64,000 bases of DNA from Nitrospirota bacterium (GTDB lineage Bacteria > JACPQY01): assembly GCA_016180645.1 (NCBI GenBank), contig JACPAV010000003.1, positions 186,001-250,000 of the forward strand, written 5' to 3'. The position numbers were made by a program, and so were the translations under genes. Below the pieces are notes generated by a model. It was not told the DNA's origin and did not search any database. It was given only the letters and a program-made list of their open reading frames with translations. Shown piece after piece: positions 25,598-37,115 of this stretch (its first letter is position 1; every line of letters starts with the position of its first letter).

Positions 25598-27122
25598 TAT
25601 TCCCTCCCTGCTCTCCCGGCTTCGGCGTATTCTTCCCGCGGACTCTATCCTCGCCGACCCGGCGGCCCTGTCGGCGGCTTCCCTCGATGCCCTCCGAGAA
25701 TTTCGAGGATTCCCCGGTTTCCGGCGTTCTATCCACACCCCCATCGCCGTGGTGCGCCCAAAGTCCACCCGCGAGGTTCAGGCCGTGCTCCGATTCTCCC
25801 GAATACACCGCGTGCCCGTAGTACCCTTCGGGGGCGGCAGCGGCCTCATGGGCGGGGCGGCCACCGTTAGGGAAGGAATCGTGCTTGACCTCCGCTCGAT
25901 GAGCCACGTGCTCAAGATCGACAAGGAATCTCTCACGGCTACCGTCGAACCCGGCATCACATGGTCTTCTCTGACCTCCCACCTCTCACCTCTCGGCTTG
26001 GAAGCCGGCCACGATCCGTGGACGGTCGCGGTCGCCACCGTCGGAGGCGCGGTCTCCACCAACGGGTATGGCTATCTCGCAGGGCGATACGGTTCCGCGG
26101 GCGACCAAGTGATCGGACTGGAGACCGTCCTCGCCGACGGGACCGGCATCCGCTCGCGCCCCGCTCGAAAACGTTCCGTCGGTCCGGATCTGGATCGACT
26201 CTTCATTGGTTCGGAGGGAACGTTGGGCGTCATCACCCAATGTACGCTGGCAGTTCATCCTATCCCTGCGGTTCGAATCCCCGCCCTCTACACGTTCCCC
26301 GATTTTGAAGCCGGCTACCGAGCCGTGCTGGCCCTCTTCGCCTCCGGCCTCGTCCCGACCTCGCTCGATCTCAGCGTCGATCATTGGCCGGAAGCCTCCT
26401 CCCTTCCCGTTCACGGGCTCACGGGTTCACGGACTCACGCCGCCACGCTCCTCATCGTCTTCGACGGCCACGAATCCATTGTGTCCGCGCAGCACCAACT
26501 CGCCCGCGAACTTCTGACGACCCGCGGCGCCACCCCCGAAGTCAGCGCTGCGGCCCAGAACCAATGGGACCAACGCCATGCCATCGCCGAACTTTGGGCC
26601 TCAAGCCCCGAAGCCCGCGACGGCGCATGGCTCCGCGATCTTTCCCCACGTGCGACGTGCAACGTGCCACGTGCAACGATTCCCTCATTTGACTACCTCC
26701 ACGTCTGCCTCCCCCCCTCCCGCCTCTTGGAGTTCCGCAGAGTCGCCCGCTCGCTTCTCATCACTCATCACGCATCACTTCTTCAAGAGGGCATCTGGAT
26801 CCGCCCCGACTTCTACTCGATCATCATGCTTGCGGCCGGGCGTGATGCCCGCCGTACTCTCGACCGTTCCGGCGGACAGGACGTCCGCGATGGAGGGGAG
26901 AGTGCCGATGGACCGCGCGCGCCTCAACGGATGCGGAGCTCCCGCGAAGCCCTCATTCGGCTGGCCCACAAGATGGGCGGCTCGATGGAATACGTCCACG
27001 GCGTCGGCCTCCACCTGAAAAAACACATGCCCGCCGAATGGGGCGCCGGTTTGAGCATTCTCAGGGGCCTGAAAAAACAACTCGATCCCCTCAACCTCCT
27101 CAATCCTGGCAAGCTGTTCTAG
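25542..27122 (+). CDS. FAD-linked oxidase (GlcD / D-lactate dehydrogenase / alkyl-DHAP-synthase family)
   Basis: VVPFGGGSGLMGG, ATVGGAVSTNG, FIGSEGTLGVIT, HGVG, LDPLNLLNPGK; start uncertain; several repeat-derived insertions. Confidence 0.88.
   Translation: MRISSRPLRNSTPSSAGSSIPSLLSRLRRILPADSILADPAALSAASLDALREFRGFPGFRRSIHTPIAVVRPKSTREVQAVLRFSRIHRVPVVPFGGGSGLMGGAATVREGIVLDLRSMSHVLKIDKESLTATVEPGITWSSLTSHLSPLGLEAGHDPWTVAVATVGGAVSTNGYGYLAGRYGSAGDQVIGLETVLADGTGIRSRPARKRSVGPDLDRLFIGSEGTLGVITQCTLAVHPIPAVRIPALYTFPDFEAGYRAVLALFASGLVPTSLDLSVDHWPEASSLPVHGLTGSRTHAATLLIVFDGHESIVSAQHQLARELLTTRGATPEVSAAAQNQWDQRHAIAELWASSPEARDGAWLRDLSPRATCNVPRATIPSFDYLHVCLPPSRLLEFRRVARSLLITHHASLLQEGIWIRPDFYSIIMLAAGRDARRTLDRSGGQDVRDGGESADGPRAPQRMRSSREALIRLAHKMGGSMEYVHGVGLHLKKHMPAEWGAGLSILRGLKKQLDPLNLLNPGKLF
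26832..26904 (+). repeat. 73-bp REP-like element, copy 1 (in frame inside the FAD oxidase)
   Basis: Aligns without gaps to the reverse complement of 49994-50066 with 8 mismatches; internal palindromes such as GCGGACAGGACGTCCGC. Confidence 0.85.
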
Positions 27123-27155
27123 CCCGCCTCTGTAGTCTGTGCTAAACTTCTTCTC

Positions 27156-27506
27156 GTGACGTACAAACAACTTCACGCGAAGTATCTCAAGGATGCCGAC
27201 CGGCTGTCCAAGAAAGGAGATCGCGTCCAAGCCTCGGAAAAATACTGGGGGGCGGCTGCCGTCCTTCTCAAATTCATCGGAAAAGAGCGCGGGCTTCCCC
27301 ACCATCATCACAGAGACCTCCAAATCATCATCAACCGGCTCTACGATCAAACGAAAGATCGCGATCTATTCGTCTATTTCGACATGGCCCAGGCCTTGCA
27401 CGCTAACTTCTATGAAGATTTCTTGAGAGGGGTGTCGTTTAGGATCCATGTGGAAGGCGCGAAAGAGCTGATCGCCAGGCTTCAGAAACTGAACGGCAAG
27501 AAGTAG
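27156..27506 (+). CDS. PaREP1-family (HEPN-like) protein
   Basis: YLKDADRL.KKGDRVQASEKYWGAAA and LHANFYE motifs. Confidence 0.85.
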   Translation: MTYKQLHAKYLKDADRLSKKGDRVQASEKYWGAAAVLLKFIGKERGLPHHHHRDLQIIINRLYDQTKDRDLFVYFDMAQALHANFYEDFLRGVSFRIHVEGAKELIARLQKLNGKK

Positions 27507-27658
27507 CGTCTTATTTGGGGAAGATCTCCTAACACCATTCCAACGCGACGTTCTGCACGCCGCGCCGGGAATCCCCGGCATCACCGACCATTTCTACCTG
27601 ACCGGCGGCACACAATTTTCCGATAGCGCGACCTAAGCAGTCCACATTTCGAGGCACA

Positions 27659-27701
27659 TGTGATCTTCGTCACAGACGAGTTTGCTCAATTGCGGTAGCT
27701 T
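27659..27701 (+). promoter_or_regulatory. CRP/FNR-family class II-type promoter of paralog C
   Basis: TGTGA-TCTTCG-TCACA (27659-27674), 21 nt starting GAC, then TAGCTT (27696-27701). Confidence 0.75.
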
Positions 27702-27765
27702 TGGCACAATCTATGTCAACCGTGCCTAGACGTCTGGGAAGAGGAGGAGGAGGAGGAGGTGGTCA

Positions 27766-30700
27766 ATGAACACGCGTCGCTACGGTTCAGTGGCGGGCTT
27801 TGGAGGGATCCTCGTCTTGTCGATGTGGCTCGTGGGCTGCGCCGGCAAGAAGTCGGAATCGAAGCCGGAGGCGGGAGGGGCGGGCGCCGTTCAGCAGCAG
27901 ACGAAGGCGCAAGCGGTTCAAGAGGCGGTGACCGGCGTGGCGTTCGACCCGGCGGCGGCGGCGGGGGACACCGGGGCCGTTCGTGGTGCAGTCACTTCTT
28001 CGGGCGTGAGAGGGATCGATCTCGGCGGCGCGGAGCAGGGCGTTAGAGGAGGCGTCCGAGGCGGCGTAAGGGCCACACCTCGTCGCCAAGCGGAGGGTGA
28101 ACAGCCCGTGGCCGGGGCGCGCGTCCGCATCGAAGGAACCTCTCTGGAAACAATCTCGAATGAGAAGGGCGAGTTTGTCATTCCGTTCGTTCCGCCTGGA
28201 AACTACATGGTCGTGGGCGACAAGCAGGGCGAGTCCGGGGAAGTCTACGCGTTCTCACAGAACGCCGCGGTAACACCCGGCGGCAGCATCGACCTCGGCT
28301 CGCTTTCTTTGGCCGAAACCGGAGCGATCAGGGGGAAGGTGAAGCGCGCCGATGCCACGAGCCAGCTCGGCATCGACGTGTTCATCCCCGGCATGAGCTT
28401 CGTCGCAAAGACGGACGACGACGGCAACTTCAATATTCTCTATATTCCCAAGGGGACCTACAAGCTCGCGGCGATGTTCCCCGGGTTCGAACCGAACCGG
28501 TGGAAAGATATCGTCGTGGAATCGAAGAAGACGACCGAGCTGCCCGCGGTTGAGCTCAAGCGCGCGGCGCAAGACAAGGCCAAGGCCGCCGGCATCTTCG
28601 GGCGCGTGACGGCCTCCGGCGGCGGCGGCGTGCGCGATGCCGTCGTGACGACGGTCCCGGACACGCAGAACGTCCGATCGGACAGCGCCGGCAACTTCAT
28701 CATTTCGAACATCGCGCCGGGCGTGTATCTCGTGAAGGCCGTTCGGCCCGGTTTCACGGAGAACTCCACGTTCGTAGACCTCACCGAGAGCCTGTTCGAT
28801 CAGGTCGAGATCCGGCTGGCTCCGGGCGCGCAGATCCTGGCCGGTGCGACGACGGACGTAAAGGCCGGTGCGCCACCTTCCATCAGCATCGACGGTCCCA
28901 ACGCCGTAACCCCCGGTTCGACCGTCACGTTCAAGGCGGGGGTGTCGGATTCCGACGGCGACAACCTCTATCTCAAATGGAAGGCCGGCGGGGGGACGTT
29001 CGACAACACGTGGCGCGACGAAGTGAATTGGACCGCCCCCGCGTCCAAGGGCGTTTTCATCATCGAGGTGACGGTGACGGATGGTGTGCTCAGCGACAAG
29101 GCGACCACGGCGGTGTCCGTCGCTCCCGAAGGCCAGACGGTGACATTGGACACGACCCCGCCCTTCCCGCCGCGACCGGACAAGTTGGCCGTCAAGATGA
29201 GTCCGCCCGGCACGGAAGATACGATCGAGGGCCAGGCCGGCTGCGTGGAGCCGAATGCGACCGTGAAATTCTATTCGGATGGCCTCCTTTCAACTCTGCT
29301 GGTATCCGCGAAGGCCTCGGCCGACGGCTCTTTCCCGGCAGTCAAGATCGGCGACAACAAGGGCGACCAGAACGACCAGATCTTCATCGGCGTGTTCGAC
29401 CCTGCCGGCAACCTCAGCCCCGTCTACTTCGTCGTGAACGACAAGACGCCACCGGATACGGTGATCACGGCGACCCCGTGCGGCGCTCAAAACTCCTGCC
29501 TCTCGGCCAAGAACACGGCCGACTTCGAGTTCAATACGGCCGAGATCGGCTCGTCCTTCGAGTGCAAGCTCGATCAGGCGGCTTTCGCCGGCTGCACGAG
29601 TCCCCACACCTTCACGGGTTTGGGGAACGGGGCGCACACCGCTTCGATCCGCGCCAAGGACGCAGCCGGCAACCTCGATCCGTTCCCGGCGTCCTTCAAC
29701 TGGGGCGTGGATGCGGAGGTCCCCTCGGCAGGCGCGGTGACCGTAACGGGCCAGGCCACGGCGACGCACGTCGGACCCTCCTTCAACCTAAACGGCTCCT
29801 TCACGGAAAGCATCTCCTCGCTGACGGGCTGCGACTACTGCCTGAGCACGGATGGGGCCTGCGACTCCGAATGGGCCTTCGCCACGCTCAGCGGCTCCAA
29901 ACCCACTTACACCTGCAAAGTCACCGGGCTCACCTGTACAAACGGACAGACCGTAACAGTGAACCTCCGGGCTTTTGACTCGGCCGGGAACACGTCGACG
30001 GCGACCTCTCTGGCCCGGACGTGCGATACCGCCGCCCCATCGACCGCAACCAATGCCCCTGCCGCGTGGGTGAACGCGGATACGACGGTCGCGCTCTCTC
30101 CCGCCGACACCGGCGCTGGAATGACGGGCGGCGTGGCCAAGACAACCTACTGTCTGGACGCCTTCGACCTCTGCACACCCTCCGTGGCCGGAACCTCGGC
30201 CGCCGTCACCTGCGCGGCGGCAACGATCTGCCAAACCTACGTCCGCTTCGCAGCGCAGGACGCCGCGGGCAACGCGGAGACGACCAAGTCCGTACTCGTG
30301 AGAATCGACAAGCAGGCGCCCTCCAGCACGCTCACCGCCCCGGCGGATGGAGCGCTGTACGCCGGTGGCGGCACGGTCAGCCTGTCCGGCACGGCAGCCG
30401 ACGGCAGCGGGTCCGGCGTGACGCTTGTCCAGTATTCGTCAAACGGCGGTACGAACTGGTCGAACGCGACGGGGACGACGGCTTGGTCCGGTTCGTTCAC
30501 GCTCAGCTCCCTTACTGCCAGTGTGAAATTCCGCGCCACCGACGCCGCGGGAAACGTCGAAACCGCGGGCTCCGGCGTCAGCGCCTGGTACAGCCAACTG
30601 GCCGCCTCGAACATGCTCGGTCAGCTTGGCTCCAACGGTACGCCGAACTACACCATCAAGGACACCAACAATCCCGACGGCACGGGACTCAATAGCCCGA

Positions 30701-32886
30701 AGGACGTGGCGGTGGACCCGGCCGGCGGAAGACTGTTCGTCGCGGACGGAAACAACCGCGTCCTGGTCTTCAATCTGGCCACCGGTGCCCTGGTGGACCA
30801 CAAGGCGGACTTCGTTCTCTGTCAGGCCGACATGATCACGACCGCCGCCCAGACGGTCTCCGCCTCTTCGTGCAGCCCGCAAGGCCTCGCGTACGATGCA
30901 GGAGGCAATCGATTGTTCGTATCCGATTCTCAGGCCCATCGGGTCCTCGTTTTCGACGTGGCCTCGATCACGAATGGCGAAGCGGCCGTCGGCGTCATCG
31001 GCCAAACCGATTTCACCTCGAATTCATCCGGGCTCACCTCGAGTAAGCTGAACAATCCCAACAAGCTCGCGTTCGGGGGAAATCGCCTCTACGTGGCGGA
31101 TAACAGCAACCACAGGGTCATGATCTTCGATGTGACCGCGATATCGAGCCCGGAAATCGCCATCAACGTCCTCGGTCAAGCGAATTTCACGACGGGTACG
31201 GACTCGGGCTGCGATCAGAACGGAATGAACTGGCCCTTCGCACTGGCGTATGACGCCACGAACGACAAGCTCTACGTCGGCACCGGCGCCTATCACAACA
31301 GAATGCTGGTCTTCGACGGCACGCCGGGCTTGGACGGCGAGAACGCCCTCAACGTGCTAGGACAGCCGGGTTTCACGACTTGCACTGTGGGCACAACCCA
31401 GGCCAAGCTCAACATAGACGGCTTCACGTTCGGGGCGGCTTTCGGCGTCTACAACACCTACAACACGCTCTTCGTGGCGGACGGGAAAAATAACCGCCTG
31501 GTCGCGTTCGACGTCCGCACCGCCGCCAGCCCCGCGCAAACCATCTGCGGCACGACGTCCACCTCCGGCATCGTCGATGGAATGAACGCCTCCTGCGTGG
31601 TCGGCCAGACACTGTTTACAACCAACACCGCCGCAACAACTCAGGGGGGAATGAACGGACCGCGGGGCGTGGCCGTCGACACGACCAATAACAAACTGTG
31701 GGTCGCCGACATGACCAACCACCGTGTGCTCATGTTCGACATCGCCGCCATCTCGGACGGGGAGAACGCCGCGGACGTCCTGGGCCACGTGACCACCGCC
31801 GAAACGGTCTCCTATCTGTCGGGAGAAGCGAACAACCCACGCGAGACGTCGTTCAACTTCCCCCAACACGTCGCGCTGGACACGGTGAACCACCGTCTGT
31901 ACGTCTCGGACTTGAACAACAGCCGCGTGCTCGTCTTCAACCTGGATACGAGCAACAATCTGGCGGATCGCGTAGCCGATTTCGTCCTGGGCCAGCCCAG
32001 TCTCCTCACGGTGACGCAGGCAACCACTCAGGCCGGCATGAAGCGGCCGCAAGGATTGGCAGTTGACACCGCCGGGAACCGTCTCTTCGTGGCCGACCAC
32101 GACAACGCGCGTGTCCTGGTGTACGACGTCGCCTCGATCACGAACGGCGAGATCGCCGCCAATGTGCTTGGGCAGACCATTTTCACGTCCAACACCCCGA
32201 ACAACACCTCCAGCACCATGTCCGGGCCGACCGGCCTCGCCTACGATTCAGCGCGCAAATGGCTCTACGTGGCCGATGACATGGATCCGACGATGATGGC
32301 GAAGTTCAACCACCGCGTCACGGTGTACGATGTAAACGCCATCACCGATGGAGAATCCGCCATCAACGTGCTCGGGCAGGCGAACTTCACCGACCAGTAC
32401 GGAAGCTGCGCCAGGGCCAGGCTCAGTGGACCCCAAGGTCTTGCCCTCAACGCAAACGGAAGTCTCCTTTTCGTGGCAGACAACAGCAATGACCGCGTGA
32501 TCGTCTACGATGTGACTTCGATTACCGATGGGGAAAACGCGGAATACGTCCTGGGTCAAGCGAGCTTCGGTACGTGCACGAACGGGCTCCTCAGCGCGAC
32601 CGGTCTCGACACCCCCCTGGGCGTGGCTCTGGATACGGCCGCGTCGAGGCTCTACGTGACCGACCAGCAGAACAGCCGTATCGTGATGTTCGACGTCGCC
32701 ACGATCGTGAATGGCGAGGCGGCCAAGACGCCGATCGCGGGTCAGGCCGATCTCGTCACCGGCACGGAGGCCACATCACAGACCGCCTTTAATCTCCCTC
32801 GCGGCCTCGCCTTCGACTCCGGCAACATTCGGCTGTACGCCGTGGACGAGTACAACCACCGGCTCATGATCTTCAATATTCCGTGA
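27766..32886 (+). CDS. giant surface lipoprotein, paralog C (same stalk plus NHL-repeat beta-propellers)
   Basis: Lipobox LVGC; N-terminal ~560 aa closely similar to paralog B; NHL repeats; both B and C end in NIP. Confidence 0.9.
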   Translation: MNTRRYGSVAGFGGILVLSMWLVGCAGKKSESKPEAGGAGAVQQQTKAQAVQEAVTGVAFDPAAAAGDTGAVRGAVTSSGVRGIDLGGAEQGVRGGVRGGVRATPRRQAEGEQPVAGARVRIEGTSLETISNEKGEFVIPFVPPGNYMVVGDKQGESGEVYAFSQNAAVTPGGSIDLGSLSLAETGAIRGKVKRADATSQLGIDVFIPGMSFVAKTDDDGNFNILYIPKGTYKLAAMFPGFEPNRWKDIVVESKKTTELPAVELKRAAQDKAKAAGIFGRVTASGGGGVRDAVVTTVPDTQNVRSDSAGNFIISNIAPGVYLVKAVRPGFTENSTFVDLTESLFDQVEIRLAPGAQILAGATTDVKAGAPPSISIDGPNAVTPGSTVTFKAGVSDSDGDNLYLKWKAGGGTFDNTWRDEVNWTAPASKGVFIIEVTVTDGVLSDKATTAVSVAPEGQTVTLDTTPPFPPRPDKLAVKMSPPGTEDTIEGQAGCVEPNATVKFYSDGLLSTLLVSAKASADGSFPAVKIGDNKGDQNDQIFIGVFDPAGNLSPVYFVVNDKTPPDTVITATPCGAQNSCLSAKNTADFEFNTAEIGSSFECKLDQAAFAGCTSPHTFTGLGNGAHTASIRAKDAAGNLDPFPASFNWGVDAEVPSAGAVTVTGQATATHVGPSFNLNGSFTESISSLTGCDYCLSTDGACDSEWAFATLSGSKPTYTCKVTGLTCTNGQTVTVNLRAFDSAGNTSTATSLARTCDTAAPSTATNAPAAWVNADTTVALSPADTGAGMTGGVAKTTYCLDAFDLCTPSVAGTSAAVTCAAATICQTYVRFAAQDAAGNAETTKSVLVRIDKQAPSSTLTAPADGALYAGGGTVSLSGTAADGSGSGVTLVQYSSNGGTNWSNATGTTAWSGSFTLSSLTASVKFRATDAAGNVETAGSGVSAWYSQLAASNMLGQLGSNGTPNYTIKDTNNPDGTGLNSPKDVAVDPAGGRLFVADGNNRVLVFNLATGALVDHKADFVLCQADMITTAAQTVSASSCSPQGLAYDAGGNRLFVSDSQAHRVLVFDVASITNGEAAVGVIGQTDFTSNSSGLTSSKLNNPNKLAFGGNRLYVADNSNHRVMIFDVTAISSPEIAINVLGQANFTTGTDSGCDQNGMNWPFALAYDATNDKLYVGTGAYHNRMLVFDGTPGLDGENALNVLGQPGFTTCTVGTTQAKLNIDGFTFGAAFGVYNTYNTLFVADGKNNRLVAFDVRTAASPAQTICGTTSTSGIVDGMNASCVVGQTLFTTNTAATTQGGMNGPRGVAVDTTNNKLWVADMTNHRVLMFDIAAISDGENAADVLGHVTTAETVSYLSGEANNPRETSFNFPQHVALDTVNHRLYVSDLNNSRVLVFNLDTSNNLADRVADFVLGQPSLLTVTQATTQAGMKRPQGLAVDTAGNRLFVADHDNARVLVYDVASITNGEIAANVLGQTIFTSNTPNNTSSTMSGPTGLAYDSARKWLYVADDMDPTMMAKFNHRVTVYDVNAITDGESAINVLGQANFTDQYGSCARARLSGPQGLALNANGSLLFVADNSNDRVIVYDVTSITDGENAEYVLGQASFGTCTNGLLSATGLDTPLGVALDTAASRLYVTDQQNSRIVMFDVATIVNGEAAKTPIAGQADLVTGTEATSQTAFNLPRGLAFDSGNIRLYAVDEYNHRLMIFNIP

Positions 32887-32945
32887 TGTACTGGGGTCAA
32901 GTCTTGAATTGATACTTCTCGGTCCGACGAGAGAGCGACGAGAAG

Positions 32946-34456
<1,511 letters not shown>

Positions 34457-34516
34457 GCCGGAGGCCGAACTGAGGCGCTGTTTGAAAGCCCCATCGCTGC
34501 CGGCGTGGGATTTCCT

Positions 34517-34573
34517 GGTAGTCGCACCCTTTATGGGTGCGTCCTCGGACGCAGGCTGAAGCCTGCGGCTACC
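34517..34573. repeat. GTAG-type REP doublet
   Basis: GGTAGTCGCACCCTTTATGGGTGCG...CGCAGGCTGAAGCCTGCGGCTACC; closely similar copy at 55719-55777. Confidence 0.8.
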
Positions 34574-34628
34574 GACTGAAGGCTGACCGCTGAAAGCCGT
34601 AGAGGGCACGGCGCGCCGTGCCCTTACC

Positions 34629-37079
34629 TCAGTGCGCCGTGATTTCCTTCTCGGGCAGTTTCGGCTGCTTTTTCGCGAGGCGCGGAAGGATGATCTTCTC
34701 CTTCTCCTTGGGAAACTCTTTCTCTTCCACAAACAGTTTCTCCTCCGCGCCGATCACGATCGCATGCTCCAAGACCTGGTCCATGTTGTCCACCAGCACC
34801 AACTCGAAGGCCTTCGTGATGTTGGTGGGAATGTCCTTCAGGTCTTTCTCGTTCTCCTTCGGCACGATCACCTTCTTGATCTGCGCCCGATGCGCCGCCA
34901 GGAGCTTCTCCTTGAGTCCGCCGATGGGCAGGACTCGACCGCGGAGAGTGATCTCGCCCGTCATGGCCACGTCCTTCCGGATCACCCGGCGGGTAAGGGC
35001 GGAGACGATCGATGTCGCCATCGTCACCCCCGCGGAAGGCCCGTCCTTCGGAACGGCTCCTTCGGGCACGTGTACGTGGATGTCCAGTTTCTGATAGAAC
35101 TCCTTGTCGAGCCCGAGCCGCCCCGCGCGCGAGCGCACGTAGCTCATCGCCGCCTGGGCGCTCTCCTGCATCACCTCGCCCAACTTGCCGGTGATGATGA
35201 GCTTTCCCTTCCCCGGCATGGTCGTCACCTCGGTGGTGAGCAGCTCGCCGCCGAACTCCGTCCACGCCAGCCCGTTGCAGATGCCGATCTGGTTCTCGTC
35301 CTCGGTCATGGTCAGCTTGAACCGGGCCACCCCGAGGTACTTGGGAATGGAGGAGCCGCTCACGACGATCTTCACGCTGTCGTCTTTCTTCTTCATCACC
35401 TCTTTGGCCACCTTGCGGCAGAGCGTGGCGATCTCGCGTTCGAGATTCCGGACGCCCGCCTCACGGGTGTACTTGCGGATCACGGCGAGCGTGCCGCCGT
35501 TGGTGATCTCGATGTTCTCTTCCTTCAGCCCGTTCTCTTTCCGCTGTTTCGGAATGAGGAACTGCTTGGCGATGTGAAGCTTCTCGTCCTCCGTGTATCC
35601 GGGCATGCGCAGAACCTCGAGACGATCCTGGAGCGGCACGGGGATCCCATGGAGAATGTTCGCCGTGGTGATGAACATGACTCGCGACAAATCGTAGTCC
35701 AGATCCAAGTAGTGATCGCTGAACGCGTTGTTCTGCTCCGGATCCAGCACTTCCATCAACGCGGCCGACGGATCCCCCCGGAAGTCCATGCTCATCTTGT
35801 CGATTTCGTCGAGCAGGAACACCGGATTGGATTGGCCTGCCTTCTTCATGCCCTGCACCACTTTGCCGGGGAGCGCGCCGATGTAGGTCCGGCGATGACC
35901 TCGGATTTCCGCCTCGTCCCGCACACCACCGAGGGAAATCTTCACGAATTTTCGGCCCGTCGATCGCGCGATCGACTTGGCGAGCGACGTCTTTCCCACG
36001 CCGGGAGGGCCCACCAGGCAGAGAATCGGCCCCTTCATCTTGGGGCTTCCGGTCTGTTTCTTGACCAGATTCTGCACGGCCAGGTATTCCAGGATGCGCT
36101 CCTTGACCTTGTTCAAGCCGTAGTGGTCTTCATCGAGGATCTTTTCCGCCTCTTGAATGTCCAGCTTTTCATCCGCGTACTCTTCCCAGGGCAACGAGAT
36201 GATCCAGTCCACGTAGTTCCGCACCACCGTGGCCTCGGCCGACATCGGCGACATCATTTTCAGCTTCTTGATCTCCTTGTCGACCTTCTCGCGCCCTTCC
36301 TTGGAGAGCTTCTTCTTCTTCGACTTTTCTTCCAGCTCCTCAATCTCGACGTGGAATTCGTCCTTCTGGCCGAGTTCCTTCTGAATGGCCTTGAGCTGCT
36401 CAGTGAGGTAGTACTCCTTCTGCGTCTTCTCCATCTGTTTCTTCACGCGGGCGCGGATCCGGCGCTCGGCCTGGAGGATTTCCAGTTCGGCCTGGAGAAG
36501 CCCCAGCACGTGCTCGAGCCGTTCCGTTGGATCCTCGAGATCCAGCACCTTCTGCTTGTTCTCAATCTTGAGCGTCATGTGAGCCGCCAGCGTATCCGCC
36601 AGGCGCCCCGGTTCCGTGATGGACGATACGCTCTGAAGCATCTCGGGAGAGAGCTTCCGATTCAGCTTGTGGTAGTTTTCAAAGGCGGTGAGGACGCCAC
36701 GAATCAGGGCCTCGGTATCGGTCCCCGGCTGAACGGCGTCAAACACTTCCTCCACTTCAATCAGGAAATGCGGCTCGCTGGGAAGGAACTTCGCCACTTT
36801 TCCGCGGCGCTTGCCTTCCACGAGGGCCTTGATCGTCCCGTCCGGCAAACGAAGGAGTTGGAGCACCGTCGCAATGGTACCCATCTTGTGGATGTCCTCC
36901 GGCTTGGGGTCATCCGTCTTGGCGCTCCGCTGCGTGGCCAGCAGGATCTCGCGCCCCTTTTGGACGGCGTCATCCAGCGCGTTGATGGATTTCTGCCGCC
37001 CCACAAAGAGCGGCACAACCATGTAGGGGAACACCACGATGTCCCGAAGCGGGAGGAGGGGCATCACCTTTTTGTCCAT
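34629..37079 (-). CDS. lon: ATP-dependent Lon protease
   Basis: [39 protein letters not shown] 37079 with AAGGAG RBS. Confidence 0.98.
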   Translation of the reverse strand: MDKKVMPLLPLRDIVVFPYMVVPLFVGRQKSINALDDAVQKGREILLATQRSAKTDDPKPEDIHKMGTIATVLQLLRLPDGTIKALVEGKRRGKVAKFLPSEPHFLIEVEEVFDAVQPGTDTEALIRGVLTAFENYHKLNRKLSPEMLQSVSSITEPGRLADTLAAHMTLKIENKQKVLDLEDPTERLEHVLGLLQAELEILQAERRIRARVKKQMEKTQKEYYLTEQLKAIQKELGQKDEFHVEIEELEEKSKKKKLSKEGREKVDKEIKKLKMMSPMSAEATVVRNYVDWIISLPWEEYADEKLDIQEAEKILDEDHYGLNKVKERILEYLAVQNLVKKQTGSPKMKGPILCLVGPPGVGKTSLAKSIARSTGRKFVKISLGGVRDEAEIRGHRRTYIGALPGKVVQGMKKAGQSNPVFLLDEIDKMSMDFRGDPSAALMEVLDPEQNNAFSDHYLDLDYDLSRVMFITTANILHGIPVPLQDRLEVLRMPGYTEDEKLHIAKQFLIPKQRKENGLKEENIEITNGGTLAVIRKYTREAGVRNLEREIATLCRKVAKEVMKKKDDSVKIVVSGSSIPKYLGVARFKLTMTEDENQIGICNGLAWTEFGGELLTTEVTTMPGKGKLIITGKLGEVMQESAQAAMSYVRSRAGRLGLDKEFYQKLDIHVHVPEGAVPKDGPSAGVTMATSIVSALTRRVIRKDVAMTGEITLRGRVLPIGGLKEKLLAAHRAQIKKVIVPKENEKDLKDIPTNITKAFELVLVDNMDQVLEHAIVIGAEEKLFVEEKEFPKEKEKIILPRLAKKQPKLPEKEITAH

Positions 37080-37115
37080 GACAAACTCCTTTCTATCCAA
37101 TGGAATTCCCCTACC

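Noticed and set aside
27701-27717. TTGGCAC upstream of paralog C as a sigma54 promoter
   Set aside because: The -12 position reads ATGT rather than TTGC, and the CRP class II geometry shared with paralogs A and B explains the region better.
15119-32886. Diversity-generating retroelement acting on the paralogous lipoprotein heads
   Set aside because: No reverse transcriptase, and I saw no template/variable repeat pair with adenine-specific differences; divergence is general.
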